A stretch of DNA of 63,431 nucleotides from Hydrolagus affinis (GCA_012026655.1 JAAILG010001667.1:1-63431); one strand, 5' to 3'; positions 12,346 to 25,245 are shown, numbered from the stretch's first letter. Made by a program: numbers and translations. The notes: generated from the sequence alone by a model not told the origin.

Positions 12346-13540
12346 CTATCAAGGTGGAAAAGGTGAAGTGAGAAAGCACAGCCAACACAAATTGGTGTCC
12401 CCTAATCTGTTCACTCATTTTTTTTGTTAAAAATGCATAATTTTCTTCAGAAACAAGGGAGATGCAGCCCTATTTAAATTGAATCTCGGCAGCCTTTAAA
12501 AACAAATTATAAATAAGCTATGGCTGGGAATAAATTATAGATGAGTGAGTCAGTCAGTTATTTGATGCCTCTATGCAAGCCAAATTCTGTTTTTCACTAA
12601 GTAAAATATATACATATATATTTAAGAAATGCCCAGCAAACAAACAAACAGGTTAACAATACAGGTTTGTGCACATTCTCAAACATTCACCCACACCCAT
12701 TCACATTGGGCATATAATTAGAGAGAACTGCCATTCTACAGATACTATGCAAAATACAAGCTCTTGCTGAAGGAACTTATTTTGGAACCATTTTGCATTC
12801 ATGTAGTAGTACATGCTATATACTGGTAGATACTGTACTTCAAAAACCATGAAGGAAAAGGCTGGATAGCTAACATCCAGTTGCACACCGTCAAATTATA
12901 CCATTGCAATGTATCTGGTTATAGTTGGAGACAGTGCCACTGAAATAAGGAACATTTACTCACAGGGTGGATGAATGCATCTTTAGTAACTTCCATGCAT
13001 GTTGGGGACTTCCAAATTGTTCACACTATTTTTCACCAATCTCCAACAGCAAGGATACAATTTATATTCCAATATATTCGCCAAACAATTTGATACTAGA
13101 TTGTTGTGGAACAGGTTCAAATGCCTCCTCTACAGCTCCTGACCTCAGTTGTGGTCACGATGTGAGGCAGCTAAACAGAGGTTGGGTGCTTCATAAATAT
13201 GGATGAAAATAAACTAAGACTTCCTGGTTTGCTCCCCGCCTGAGGCACTTTAATAATAACAATCCTTGCATTTGATATAGGACCTTATTATGTCATTGAG
13301 ACATCTCAAAGCGCTTCACAGAATGTACTCTAAAGTGAATTGACTGTAAATTTTGTGGGTGAAAATGGCAGCCAACTTCTATTACAATATCTATATTGTA
13401 GATTTTTTAAAAAAAAACCTTAACGGAAGTGAAGCACTGACTCAACCACAGGGTCAGTGGACAGTTTGGCTCCATGCAAACCATTAATGAACAGGAAGAA
13501 ATGGTACAACGATTAGTAACCTCAATGTTCACTCTCTTTT

Positions 13541-13565
13541 TCTCTCTCTCTCTCTCTCTCTCTCT
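13541..13565. repeat. (TC)n microsatellite
   Basis: Read directly from the sequence. Confidence 0.9.
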
Positions 13566-14398
13566 GTGAAGTGGTTGCAATTCACCCAGCATGTATCTCT
13601 AAATACAGGCAGGACATCTATTCGATGGCTGAATAATATATCACTGTGGTTGGGCTGTACAACAACACTTGCATTTATACACCCTCCATACCGGGAGGAG
13701 TTTCAGAGTGTGTGAGCGCTATACGGTTTGCAGCTGTAGGGATGCTGATCTTTCACACTCTGAGCTTATATCATAACATCACCCATCCACAATGAGTGAT
13801 TGAGTGATTGCACACCTAAAGTCAGATCATTATCAATTTGTTTTCTTCCCTCCTCCCACCATACATCTCTAATTTTGTACATCCAATACTGAGCACTATC
13901 CAACACTGTCCAGCAACCGACAATTGATTTCAAGCGTCTAGCCAGGTGTGTAACACTACTTACTTGTATTACTGTCAAAACCTAGATACATCAAGTGTTA
14001 CATAATCAAAGTAATCAGGGTAAAAGAAAAACAAAAGAAGTACCTCTCAATGTTGCAACGTAATCAGGTTTTAAAATATAGTGCTTTATCACATCGTTGA
14101 GATGTCTCAAAGAGCTTCACAGAATATATCGTAAAGTGAATTGACTGTTTTGTGTGGAAAATGCGGCAGCCAATTTCACACAACAATGTCCCACAAATAG
14201 TCGTGGATTGTGTGACCACTTGATGGGTGAAGGGGGTGGGGGGTGGAGATTGAAAGTACAGTACTATCAATTGGGCAAAGTAACACAAAGGACAGTGAAA
14301 ACAACACATTTACTTGCAATTTTTTCCCCCTCCAAACCAGAAGCCATTCATTCATTTTTTTTTGCTTATGGATCTTCTTTTCAGTCCATTTCTCCTAC

Positions 14399-14596
14399 CT
14401 TGGACTGTCCAGCCATTTCAACTCCAGCTTCCAGAAATTCATTGAAGTCTTGGCCAAATTTCCCTGAAGCCTTTGCTAGATCCTGTGTGGTTCCACGCGA
14501 TGCCTGTACCAGCTCATTAGCAGATTGGTTCAAGCCAGCGGCAGCCTGGTTCAGGTTACCCTGCGCCTCCTGGAAGTTCCTGGAACCTGGAGGGAA
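14399..14596 (-). CDS. TLN1: talin-1 exon 29
   Basis: FPPGSRNFQEAQGNLNQAAAGLNQSANELVQASRG...AGVEMAGQSK; 198 nt; AG/GT. Confidence 0.95.
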
Positions 14597-14691
14597 CTAT
14601 ATAAAACATTGAGGAAAAAGTGGTTATTGAAGGACCAAAATCCTCAGAACTTACAAAACACTACTACTCCTCTTCAACGCTAAAAGGCTAG

Positions 14692-15045
14692 AACATAAGA
14701 AATGCTAGACGAAAAAAGCACCAAGATCAATGTAGTTCGCCTTCCCTGCGGTCACATGAACTATCTATGTACAGTGAAAGCCCATTTATCTGTAGCACAA
14801 TCAACCGTAGCTTCCGCATAACTGGCGCCTCAAAAAAAAGGTCCGCATTCGATTAACCAGAATTTATTCGGAAAAATGCATTTTAAAAAATAATAATTTT
14901 GTTGTGGTTTCGGCTGAATATCCGGCACTCGCTTTAGCTGGGATTGGCCAGGTCCCGAGGGTGCCGGATAAACGGGCTTTTACTGTACTATATCCCATAA
15001 TTTTATTTCCGAAAAGAAAACTATCTAAGCTTTTTTTTTAAGAAC
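14692..15045 (-). mobile_element. CR1 3' terminus interrupted by a MITE
   Basis: AGAACATAAGAAAT...TAGTTCGCCTTCC...TATCCCAT.A..TTATTTCC matches 21045-21200 and 39282-39430. Confidence 0.75.
14772..14985. mobile_element. Tigger-like MITE (214 bp), TA target duplication
   Basis: TIRs CAGTGAAAGCCCATTTATC / GATAAACGGGCTTTTACTG, TA on both sides; paralogues at 47286 and 24823. Confidence 0.9.
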
Positions 15046-15504
15046 TACCGAAAAACATCTTCAAAGCTAAGGCTGAATTCAATAATTTGGCAAGTTCTGG
15101 ATACTCTCCGAATTGCTGCATGAACTAGAGTAGATCAGTATTCAACAGCAACAACAAAATTACATTTATAAAGAGCCTTTCACGTCGGGAGGACGTTAGG
15201 GGGAGTGTGGCGTCCAATACGTGTGTTAACCAACATTTTCCTGCCATTTCCTGATTGACCATTTATGGATTTCCTGCCTTCCAGTTTCAATTTCAGATTT
15301 CTCAGCATCTTTCCATTTCTGTTTATATAATACGCCGTTCATTAAACCTGACTAGCAGTCATTAAACTCTGCCCTGTGAGACATGGAGGTGGCCAATTTG
15401 TGAACTGAACCAAACTAGTGGTGAGTAAATCCAAGCGATTGCTCTCACTGCGTTCAGAACTTCTGTTTATGAAGATTCTGAAAATCCACTTGTACAAATG
15501 TGAG

Positions 15505-15830
15505 ATACTAATCCTTGCATCAGATACAGCGCCTTACGACATTGTCAAAACATCAGTGCATTTCATAGGATCTGTCCTATGGATTGTCATAGGATGGAGT
15601 GTCGTGGCTGCACAGATTTTTGCAGGCAAACAAAGCAGGTAATTTATGCACAGCAATGTACCACTTCAGCAACGAAGTGAATGACCAATTTTATCCAGGA
15701 GATTGTTACACATTGGGAGACAAAACTCCTTTCTGTTTTCCAACGGTGCCACAGGATCTTTCACATCATCTCACGAGGCAGATAGGACTGCGGTTTAACA
15801 TCACTCAGAGGAAAGCACCTCCAACAATTC
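15505..15830 (-). mobile_element. DeuSINE (SacSINE1/AmnSINE-like) remnant
   Basis: GTGCCACAGGATCTTTCACATC...CGGTTTAACATC...GCACCTCC resembles the reverse Deu domain (consensus recalled, not aligned) plus L2-type tail. Confidence 0.65.
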
Positions 15831-16159
15831 AGCAGAAAACCCAACAACAACAAAATTACACTTGTATTGTGCCTTTCACGTCAGGAGGTCATCCCAAGAC
15901 TGAAGCGTTAAGCCTTCCCGAGGTGGGGTTTAAAATGCAGAATGATTCAGCGGCAAGTGCGCGATTGAACCAGATGTGAATTAAAAATTAAAACTCGGAG
16001 AGATGAATCATCGGCAGTAATTGTAGATGACTTTCTCACTAACGCCGGTGACTAGAAAACTGAATTTAAATATAAAATGTCAAAAGGCAGAGGAGGTTCC
16101 ACAGATATTAGGAACTGAGTGCTGAGCGGGCTGACTGGAGACACTAGAGGACCACTTAC

Positions 16160-16279
16160 AGAATTTGCCAGCAGTTTTTTGCTGGCCTCCCCAACAGTCC
16201 GCAACGCTGCGTCCACATCTCTCTGGCCTGGCAGGCAGTTCACGCATCTGTTCAGAGAGTTGGACATGGCCTTCGCCAC
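16160..16279 (-). CDS. TLN1: talin-1 exon 28
   Basis: VAKAMSNSLNRCVNCLPGQRDVDAALRTVGEASKKLLANS; 120 nt; AG/GTAAGT. Confidence 0.96.
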
Positions 16280-16757
16280 CTGAGGAGGGGAAACCAAATG
16301 ATTCAAGTCAGCAAAATCAGCTCAGTTCATTACGGATCATTTCAGACACGATTACAATGACAACAGCAACAAATTTCAGTCATTCATATAGCGCCTCTCA
16401 GGTCGAGAGGAGGGCCCAAGGCGGTGGGGCTTGCATTTACAACGTTTCAGAATTCCAGTGGCTTGGGAATGAATCTGAATTACAGGAAAGATTTCAATGC
16501 AACTGCAGAAGTTTTCAAAGCCTTTGGAGCCAGGCCTGCCTTAGTTTAAACTTGCACAACACATTTGGGTGTGTCCCAGGAAAGGCACACCCACCAGCCT
16601 GGAGCAGGGGTGCTCTCTCAGCTGTCTCTCTGCACCAGTGGTTTCCAAACTGTGGGATGCGCCTCACTTGGGGGGTGCGGAGCTTTAGAGTCTCGAGCCC
16701 CCGAGTGCGTGTGGTGCCAAGGACCCTGAGTTTGTGGAGCTGAGGAACCGCGTGCAT

Positions 16758-19740
16758 CATCATCATCACCCACGACCTTGACATTTCTGACCTCAGCATC
16801 TCGGACAAGGCCATCTCGGACCACTTTCTTCTCTCCTTCTCTTCCATCCCTCTCCCCTCCACCAAACCCTCAACTGTACTTTTCCGCCCATGGAAAAGTC
16901 TCCCCCCTTGTTGAATCCGATATTTGTGTAGTATTATTTCTCTATTAGAAAACAACACTTCAAACAGATAATTACNNNNNNNNNNNNNNNNNNNNNNNNN
17001 NNNNNNNNNNNNNNNNNNNNNNNNNNNNNNNNNNNNNNNNNNNNNNNNNNNNNNNNNNNNNNNNNNNNNNNNNNNCCTCTGAGTTTGGAACAGTCCAACT
17101 CCTCCTTTTATACACTTAAAACAATACACAATGTATTAGTTGAATTACAGAGGGAATAGACAGAAATGAATGCTATCTTGACACACGTAATTACTTATCA
17201 AAGTCACATGGAGATAGGTATAGCTGCTGGCGTCAGTGGTACCACCTGGCTCAAGGACGCCTGTCCGTTCCTGTGAGAAATTAGTGTTGACCAGACCTTC
17301 TTTGAATACCAAGATACTGAGAGTTCTTTTAGTTCAACTAGATCAGTATATGTGTCTGTTTTACTTTAATGAGGTTAGTAATTATCACAATATTAGTTCT
17401 AATTATAATATAGTTTGATCACACATGGGTATATGTTTAATGATACTTCCACACCCTGAGATCCTCACAGATGCCCTCACATCCTCTGACCTCCTATCCC
17501 TCTGGTCTTCCATCCACAGCGATCCTGAAGCAGCTGTCCAGCTGCTCCACGATCGCCTCTCCTCCACCTTCAACTCTCTCGTCCCCCTGAAATCCATGTC
17601 TATCTCCAAACCCACCCACTCCCCCTGGTACAACACTCATCTCCGCACCCTCAAACGCCAAACCCGGCTGCTCGAGCGCAGGTGGCAGAAAACTGGCCTC
17701 ACGGTTCACCACCAACTGTGGCTCGAGCATCTCCACAGCTACCGCCGTTCCTTGTGTTAAGCAAAAATGACTCACTATTCCAACATCATCCTGGAGACAA
17801 ACAACAACCCCAAAGTCCTCTTTTCCACCACCCACCACCTCCTCCGCGCACCCGCTCAGCCTCCTCAATCTTCACTTCAAATGCAAAGTGCGAGGAGGTC
17901 ATGGACTTCTTTTCCTCAAAAATCCACAATATCCACCAGGCAGCGTCATCCTCCTACCTCTCGTCACCCTCTACCACCCCCATCCCATCCCCCTCCCCCT
18001 CCCCTTCATCAGCTCCTACCTCGACCCCCTTTCTACACTCCTTCTCCCCAGTCTCTCCTCCCTCTCACGCACTCTCACCTCCATGAAGCCAACTACCTGC
18101 TGCCTCGACCCCATCCCCACTAAACCACTGCTCACCCAGCTCCACCTCCTCTGCCCACTGCTGGCTGATATCATCGACCAGTCCCTCTCCACAGGATCAG
18201 TCCCTGCCCACCTCAAAACTGCTGTCATCACCCCACTCCTTAAAAAACCCTCCCTGGATCCCCCAAACCCCAGCCACTACCGCCCTATTTCTAATCTGCC
18301 CTTCCTTTCAAAAGCACTGGAACGTGTTGTTGCCAACCAACTCTGCGCCCATCTCTCCTCCCACTCCCTCTTCGAACCCCTCCAGTCCAGTTTCTGCCCT
18401 GCCCACAGTACAGAGACTGCGCTTGTGAAAGTCACAAATGACGTCCTCTCTGACTGTGACCAGGGTTCCCTCTGCCTCCTTATCCTCCTGGACCTGTCCG
18501 CTGCATTCCACACCATCCTCCTCCACCGCCTGTCCTCCATCATCCACTTCAGTGAGACTGCACTCGCCTGGTTCGAGTCCTACCCCACAAACCACCAGCA
18601 GTACATCTCCACAAATGGCTTTTCCTCCCGCTCTTACCCAGTCACACAAGGGATCCATCCTTGGCCCCCTCCTCGTCCTCATTTATATGCTCCCTCTTGG
18701 GAATGTCATCCGCAGACATGGGGCACACTTCCACATGTACGCGGGTGACACCCAACTCTATTTCTCCACTTCACTTTGCGACCCCCAGTCCCCTGATGTT
18801 CTGTCAGCCTGCCTGTCAGACATCAGGAGCTGGATGAGAGCAAATTTCTTGCAGCTGAATGTTGACAAGACGGAGGCCATACTCTTTAGCTCTCGTCAAC
18901 GTCTCCATTCACATGGCTCTCAGCTCCTCCACCTTTCTGGTCTCCCCCTGAAACTCTCCGAACCTGTGCGGAACCCAGGCGTCAGGTTCGACCCCAAACT
19001 GTCCTTCCTCCCCCACAACAACAACACCAAATTACACTTATAGAGCGCCTTTCACGTCGGGAGGACGTCCCATCCGGTCCTTCACCAGCACTGCCTTCTA
19101 CCACCTCCGACGGATCGCCCGTCTCCGGCAATACCTCATCCCGAAAGCCGCTGAAACCCTGGTCCATGCCTTCGTCACCTCACGGCTGGACTATTCAAAT
19201 GCCCTCCTCGCTGGTCTCTCCTCCACCACAATCCATAAAATCCAACTCATTCAAAACTCTGCTGTCCGCATACTCACCCGTACCAGACTTCGTTCCCCCA
19301 TTGCCCCAGTCCTTGCCAGACTTCACTGGCTCCCTATCCCCGAGAGGATCGACTTCAAGATCCTCACCCTTGTTTTCAAATCCCTCCACTCCTCTGCACC
19401 CCCCTACCTCTCTGACCTCCTCTCTCCTCAAACCAGCACCCGTTGCCCTCGCTCCACCGGGTCTGGCCTCCTCCATGTCCCCCGAATCCTCCGCTCCACC
19501 CTCAGCGGCCGTGCCTTCAGCCACTACGCCCCGAGGCTCTGGAATTCCCTTCCTCACTCCCTTCGTCTTTCCCCCTCTTTTCCCAGTTTCAGGTCACAGC
19601 TGAAGACCTTCCTCTTCGACCGTGCCTTTGGTCACCTTTCTACCTCTGCCCTTGGCTCGGTCCCGGGATCTGTTATTGTGAAGTGCTCTGAGATGCCGTC
19701 CGGCGTGGAGGGCGCTATATAAATCGAAGTTGTTGTTGTT
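16758..19740 (+). mobile_element. L2 LINE, 5'-truncated ORF2 (endonuclease end + RT), frameshifted
   Basis: ISDH motif, YRPISNLPFLSKALE, LLDLSAAF, GSILGP, MYAGDTQLY, (GTT)n tail; GTGCAT on both flanks. Confidence 0.93.
16909..17453 (-). mobile_element. LTR (solo, or collapsed LTR retroelement) inserted in L2; contains N gap 16976-17075
   Basis: TGTTGAA...TTCCACA termini, perfect 4-bp TSD CCCT, minus-strand TATAAAAGG near 17112; L2 reading continues on both sides. Confidence 0.7.
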
Positions 19741-21044
19741 GTGCATGTGGAGCCGAGGACCCGAGTGTGTGGACCCGAGTGTGAAGGAGTGGGGCGCAAC
19801 AAAAACTTTGCTGAGGTAGGGGCGGCGCCGCTATTTAAAGTTTGGAAGCCACTGCTCTGTTTCAGGCTAATAGCAACGAGTTCCTCGCCACATTCATAGA
19901 GTGAGACGACAACAACAACAACTTGTATTTGTATTGCGCCCTTAACACTGGTAATGTCCCAGGGCTGAGATCAGCCAGTCACTTCTCTCATTCATGTTTC
20001 AGATCAGATCACCCACATATTTTAAAATCGTTTCGCTGCCTGAAATGCTCAAAGAACCTTGATCTTTAAGTGAATCAAGAGGTATTAAGTTGGTTTAACT
20101 GTACAGAATTCTAACCCAACTCAAATCTCTTCAAAGTGCTCCAGACAGAGTCCAGGATTTAGGCTGACCCAAGAATAACACTACTCATTTCTTCCTTCCT
20201 ACAGCTATTCCAGCTCTGCTGCTCACCACATCCTCCGTACTGTACTGGTGAACCTCATATGGACAGCACAATATGGAAATGGGATGCCAAATAAGGAAAT
20301 ACATTGCCTTTAACACATTAAAATCTTCAGGCAAAGTATATACATGCTTTTGCCAGCACTTTTCTAACAGTGCGGTGCTTTGTAGCGGGAATCGGACTCA
20401 GAATCTAATGGCTTAATCGAGAAAGATACAGCTGCAATACAGACCCCAGACTAAATTAGGAATCAGTTCTACCGTAATTAAGATCTGATTACATTGGGTG
20501 CCTTTAAAATCAGCTGCTAAGCCATTGTATAAATGAATGCTGTGTCCCAGGGCAGAGTCCTGTGGGGCGATGAACCTGTAACCAGCGAGTGACGATCCTC
20601 ATTGCAGAGAAGATATAAGCAGGTTTCCCCTTGGGGAGTTGAACCTGCTTCCCAGGGCAGAATCCTCTATGGTAGTCCAGTTCCTAAGCCAGGCGGATCC
20701 ACAGGACTCCAGGGCACTGCTGTTGACAGACCAGCCAGCCTGGCTCATTGCAGGATTTGGAGGACAAGACTGATGGATTTTTCCCACTTGCCTTCTGCTA
20801 TTGCTCAAAGCTAAAGCCTGAGTGGGCCTAAGTGGATAAGAGATGAGAAACTTGCCAGACAATGATATCAATGGCAAGCTACGTGCTTTTAGTACCCCAC
20901 AACCACTCTGGTGTCCCCAAGCCTTGGTTCTTGCCAGCCTGCGCTTAATACTGTATATGATTAGGTAGGCAGGGTGCGTGTGCCTTTGGGGAAAGAGCAT
21001 GCATCCAATTCCAGTCACGGAAATGTCCACATGGAGGACATTTA

Positions 21045-21200
21045 CATAAGAACATATGAAATGCTAAACGAGAAAAAACCATCGTCCATCTAGTTCGCCT
21101 TCCTGGCGGTCGCATGCACATGTGTCTCGAACTAGCTTTGTACCTTATCCCATGAAGTTATTTCCTAAAAGAAAACAATCTAATCTGTGTTTGAAAAAAT
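21045..21200 (-). mobile_element. CR1 3' terminus
   Basis: Matches 39282-39430; uninterrupted counterpart of 14692-15045. Confidence 0.7.
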
Positions 21201-21879
21201 TCATATTTACATGGAGCATTCAGTCTGGTTTCAGTCAGCTCTGAAATTTGGTGGCGGGTTTCCGCACTTGTCAGACACATGGTTGACAAAAATATAAATA
21301 ACCTGTATGTATTACGTTTGTATCCGGACACCACGTACCAGGTGAGATGTTTATTGCATAAAATGCAATGTTCACTGCCATTTGGGATGGATCATTTGTT
21401 TGATTCGACACAAATCCAAAGGGAGGTGAAATTGCCAATAATGACATCTTGCACTAAGTGAAGCTTCTGTTGCCGCTGTGCAGCTCAACAGCTCCCCCCA
21501 TCCCTCCCCCCCACCGCCACCATCCCTAACTACCCGATGACAAAGCAAACAAAAAGCTTTATCTATTTTCTGACACATACAAACAGAAGCAACACTGGCT
21601 GCACAGCGCACACCACCAGCCTGTGCTCTATAAAACTCTTACGGGACCTCAAGGGAATTCAGAAAGTCAGGCACTTTAGCAGCATCAGGCTCAGTCACAT
21701 TAAAGGCAATGTTATTTTTGGGGAAGAAGGCAGAACTTCTTTTTAATACACTGTCGTCAAGTAGGCAAGGTCAATAATGCTCTCACTTTGCCCAAACCAG
21801 CTGCTGAAGTTTCATTGAAAAGCTCTCAGTCAGATTCAGTTTTGCTCAGTTGTTATCACTTTTGGCTGAAGTCAGGACC

Positions 21880-22200
21880 CAGGTTTGCAGTCCAGGCTGT
21901 CAGTCCAGTGCAGTGCTGGGGGAACAGTATTGTTGGATGTACAATCCATTCCAATGAAACGTTAAACTGAGGGCTTCTTTGTCTATTCTTCGGACTCTTA
22001 AAGATCCCTTAGGAATTAAATACTAATTCTTGCATTTGACACATTGACCGTGCTTTCAAACAACCTCTTTGAGATGTTCAACGTGTGTTTTAAGAGGCAC
22101 TCAAGACCTCAGTTTAATGTATGTCCAAAGGACTGAACTTTGGAACACACAGTATCCCTCCAGCATTACACAGAAGACTATGTGGGGGTGGGGAGTTGAG
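21880..22200. mobile_element. two DeuSINE core fragments in inverted orientation
   Basis: TCCAGTGCAGTGCTGGGGGA...GAAACGTTAAACTGAGG (+) and CCTCAGTTTAATG...TCCCTCCAGCATTACAC (-). Confidence 0.6.
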
Positions 22201-22377
22201 TTGAAAGACATTCAGTCGTAATGTAGTGAGAATATCTATTAAAAAATGTAGAAAGAAATTAGCGATGACCCGAGAGAAACCGATAAGACAGACAAACACA
22301 CACGCACCCAGGCTAAGCTATGGTTTGGCATTCGTTCAGTGGGTTATAAGACCATGATGCTTCTCGAACAGACCAAC

Positions 22378-22586
22378 CTGTGCTAGTCGTTGTTGATTTT
22401 CTGGATCACCAGGCTTAGCCATAGCTTTCCTGGCCTCTTCAATCAGATTGCTTGATTTATCCATAACATCACTCGCACACTCCAGCATTGCGTTGCGAGC
22501 CTGGGGATCAGTGGTGTTGGCTGCAACGCCCCGTGCAGCCGAGCCCAGAGCTTTTAAGGCTTGAGCCACTTCTCTGGCAGCCAGCC
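22378..22586 (-). CDS. TLN1: talin-1 exon 27
   Basis: LAAREVAQALKALGSAARGVAA...GDPENQQRLAQ; 209 nt; AG/GT. Confidence 0.96.
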
Positions 22587-25018
22587 CTGAGAGAGAAATA
22601 CAGTGAATCAGAATACATTCCTTATCATTCCAGTCTGATATTTCATCTGATACTTAATTGCTCTCAGAACATCCAGACGCCCTTACTAAGTAAGAGGGGG
22701 AATAGGCAACTCTTGAAATTACTCACTTTAAACATACCGAGATCATCCCCTCTGATCTAGCAACTTGATATGGTTCATGAAGTCATTCTATTGGACTCTA
22801 TTGTGATGTTGCCTCTCTTTAACAACAACGACAACTTGCAATGATTTAGAGGCCTTCATGTGGGCCAGGGTTTCGGAGTGCTTTAAGCAGCCTCTATATT
22901 TTTGGCAAAACGCAAAATACTGCAGATGCTGAAGTCTGAAACACCTCCCTTTCACCTCCCATCAGCACCAATAGGTGCTCTCCTTCCCCCAGCACCTTCC
23001 CATGCCAGCACAGGAGATGCCATACTGCCCCTTTCACCTCCAATTCTGACGAAGGGTCGTGGATCCGAAACATTGACTCACTTTCCTTTCTCCAATAGAT
23101 GCTGCCTGACCTGGTGAGTGTTCTCAGCGATTTCTCGTGTTTGTTTCTATATACACTTAGGCCTGATTGTCTTCCGGTAGGAAGTTTGGTCACTGCTGGC
23201 AAGTGCTTTGTAATATGGTCTGTCTAGCACCTTGCGACGTTCTCGGACGTGAAAGCGCCACACAAAGTTAATTTGGTGACTTTTTTTGTTGTTGTTGGTG
23301 AGTAGAATCATAAATATGTCATCCTATTTTCTTTAAAAGGCCTCCCCTTTCTGGTAGAAACATAGGAATTTAGTAAAAGCCGTTCAGCCCATTGATCCTT
23401 CTCCATTAGAGCTAATTACACTGCACCTCCTGTCATCTACACCTGACAGATTCCCGAGACTCCCTTCACCCAGACTGAGAGCCTGGACAGTGAGGATCAA
23501 TGACGATTCAATGATAAGTGACATTAAATTCAATTCTGGGCTCATATGATATCTACAGCAAAAGCAACAGGGGAAAGGGCAAAACTTGTCAAGGTTTGGA
23601 AATAATGCTAATTTTTTCTCCCCCTCTCTCCCTAACCCAGTGATGCCCAAGTCAATTTCATTTCTGGTCTCTTCCCTTCCATCTCCCATGGTTTACCCTA
23701 TTGAGTGAAGCTCGCCAATTTGGACAGATCCAGAATTAAGCATCAGATATGTCTAAGTGTCTCTGAAGCAGCCAGTATCATAAACTAGCCAGAGCATTTA
23801 ACCACTGAGCCTCTGGTGAAGAACTTTCTCTGTAAAGTGAAAATTGACAAGAGGACTTTGAAATACATCTCACGATTTTTAAAAGAAACTGGTAGAAAGG
23901 CATCATCACAGCTTATCGACAGTTATGGTTGGTGTTTTAATTTTTTTTAAAAGGTTAAAAATTATCCATTTCAACAAAACAGAAAGTTGAGACGTGTTTA
24001 AGAACGGGTCCAGATTAATGCCCGTACGCACCATTGAGGGGAAAAAAAAAAAACTGTCTGCACCTGATAATGAGCACCAAGAAACAGCCTACAACAGGAT
24101 GAGACAGAAATGACGTAATTAAATTCAATCTCCTAACAAAACACAGGCAGGCTTCGTCCGGTTTACAAACAGCAAGCAAAGCACTTCAGGGAGTTCCTGA
24201 TATTGTTAGAGCCATCGGTGACAGCCGTCATTCATTACACACTGGGTTTGCTGCACATCTGTGTGTGTTGGAAGATGGCCAGCAAGAGAGGTCACACATT
24301 CAGTAATTGTCCTCGGGATCACCAGTGCCAATAAAAACCTCCACACTTCACACAGTGGGCAAGAAACAAACCCTTAGCAAAGGGAGTTAAAATAGCCAAA
24401 GTGACATGCTTTCAGACTTCCTCTGGTAAATAGAAATGCAGGATATCCTCTAACCTATGAACAATCACCTCTTTAACATTTAGGTAAAAACTAACATTTG
24501 CTGAACAGATGGAGATAGGAAATCCCTGACCAAGTAAGTGTCTTAGCGGAGAGATAGACCAAAAATCAATACGTTTGAGGCTCACACTTGTAATAATAAA
24601 AATAATATTAATCCTTGCATTTGATATAGAGACTTTCACGGGGCAGCTCAAAGCGATTTGTGGGATATACTGCGAAGTGTAGAGACAGAGTTTATTTTTG
24701 TAGGCTAAGAACGGACGCAAATTTGTGCACAGCAATGTCTGACAACCAACCATGAAGTGGTCACTGTTATAATAACCACAAAAATGTGAAATCAAAAACG
24801 TTGGTGAAGGAAAAGCATAATACAGTAGAATGCCGTTTATCCGTGACCCGATCAACCGTAACTTCCGTATAACCGGCCCCGCAAAAAAAGACCGCATTCG
24901 ATAAACCGTAATTTAGCCAGAAAAATGCTTCTTTTGGGGTGTTTTGTGTTGCGTCAGTATTTTGGAGTGCTGCTACTGGGTGTCTGATGGTGGTGCTAGC
25001 TCAGAATGCTGCCGGTAC

Positions 25019-25148
25019 CTGTAAAGCAAAGCACTCTCCGGAGTGTACTCTTTGAGAGGCAGAGCGGTGTGAGTTGATTAATTTAGATATAATTTAGCCA
25101 CAAAACAGCAAAACACACACCCTGAGCAAAGCTTGCAGATCAATTCAT
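25019..25148 (-). pseudogene. decayed talin internal leader exon-like sequence
   Basis: ATG, +1 shift, IDLQALLRVCVLLFCG*IISKLINSHRSASQRVHSGECFALQ, then |GTACCG; resembles the TLN2 short-isoform leader as I recall it (unverified). Confidence 0.5.
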
Positions 25149-25221
25149 TGGCTTTTATTTCAATAAAAAAGACTCATCCCTGCAATGCTCGTTTTACAGA
25201 GTGCAGTGTTTCAAGTTAGTG

Positions 25222-25245
25222 CACACACACACACACACACACACA
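25222..25245. repeat. (CA)12 microsatellite
   Basis: Read directly from the sequence. Confidence 0.9.

Larger units (their letters stand above)
16636..19854. mobile_element. hAT-like MITE split by a nested L2
   Basis: TIRs CAGTGGTTTCCAAACT / AGTTTGGAAGCCACTG; degenerate 8-bp flanks CTCTGCAC / CTCTGTTT; internal GGAGCCGAGGACCCGAGT repeats on both sides of the L2. Confidence 0.75.

Noticed and set aside
14154-14612. Plus-strand ORFs overlapping exons (also 16165-16743, 55344-55631, 32471-32755)
   Set aside because: Antisense shadows of talin exons or TE-derived frames with no independent coding signal.
17888-18748. 286-aa ORF as a functional reverse transcriptase or host gene
   Set aside because: Part of a 5'-truncated L2 with stops, frameshifts, YAGD in place of YADD and nested insertions.
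16697-19785. GGAGCCGAGGACCCGAGT short repeats as a CRISPR-like array
   Set aside because: Eukaryotic intron, no unique spacers; these are internal tandem repeats of the hAT-like MITE.
24174-24194. AGCAAAGCACT....GGAGT similarity to 25024-25044 as the parental copy of the cargo
   Set aside because: The match is only about 20 bp and does not extend; likely chance.
24412-24897. 161-aa minus-strand ORF in intron 26
   Set aside because: Spans the MITE arm and a SINE tail, with no recognisable domain.
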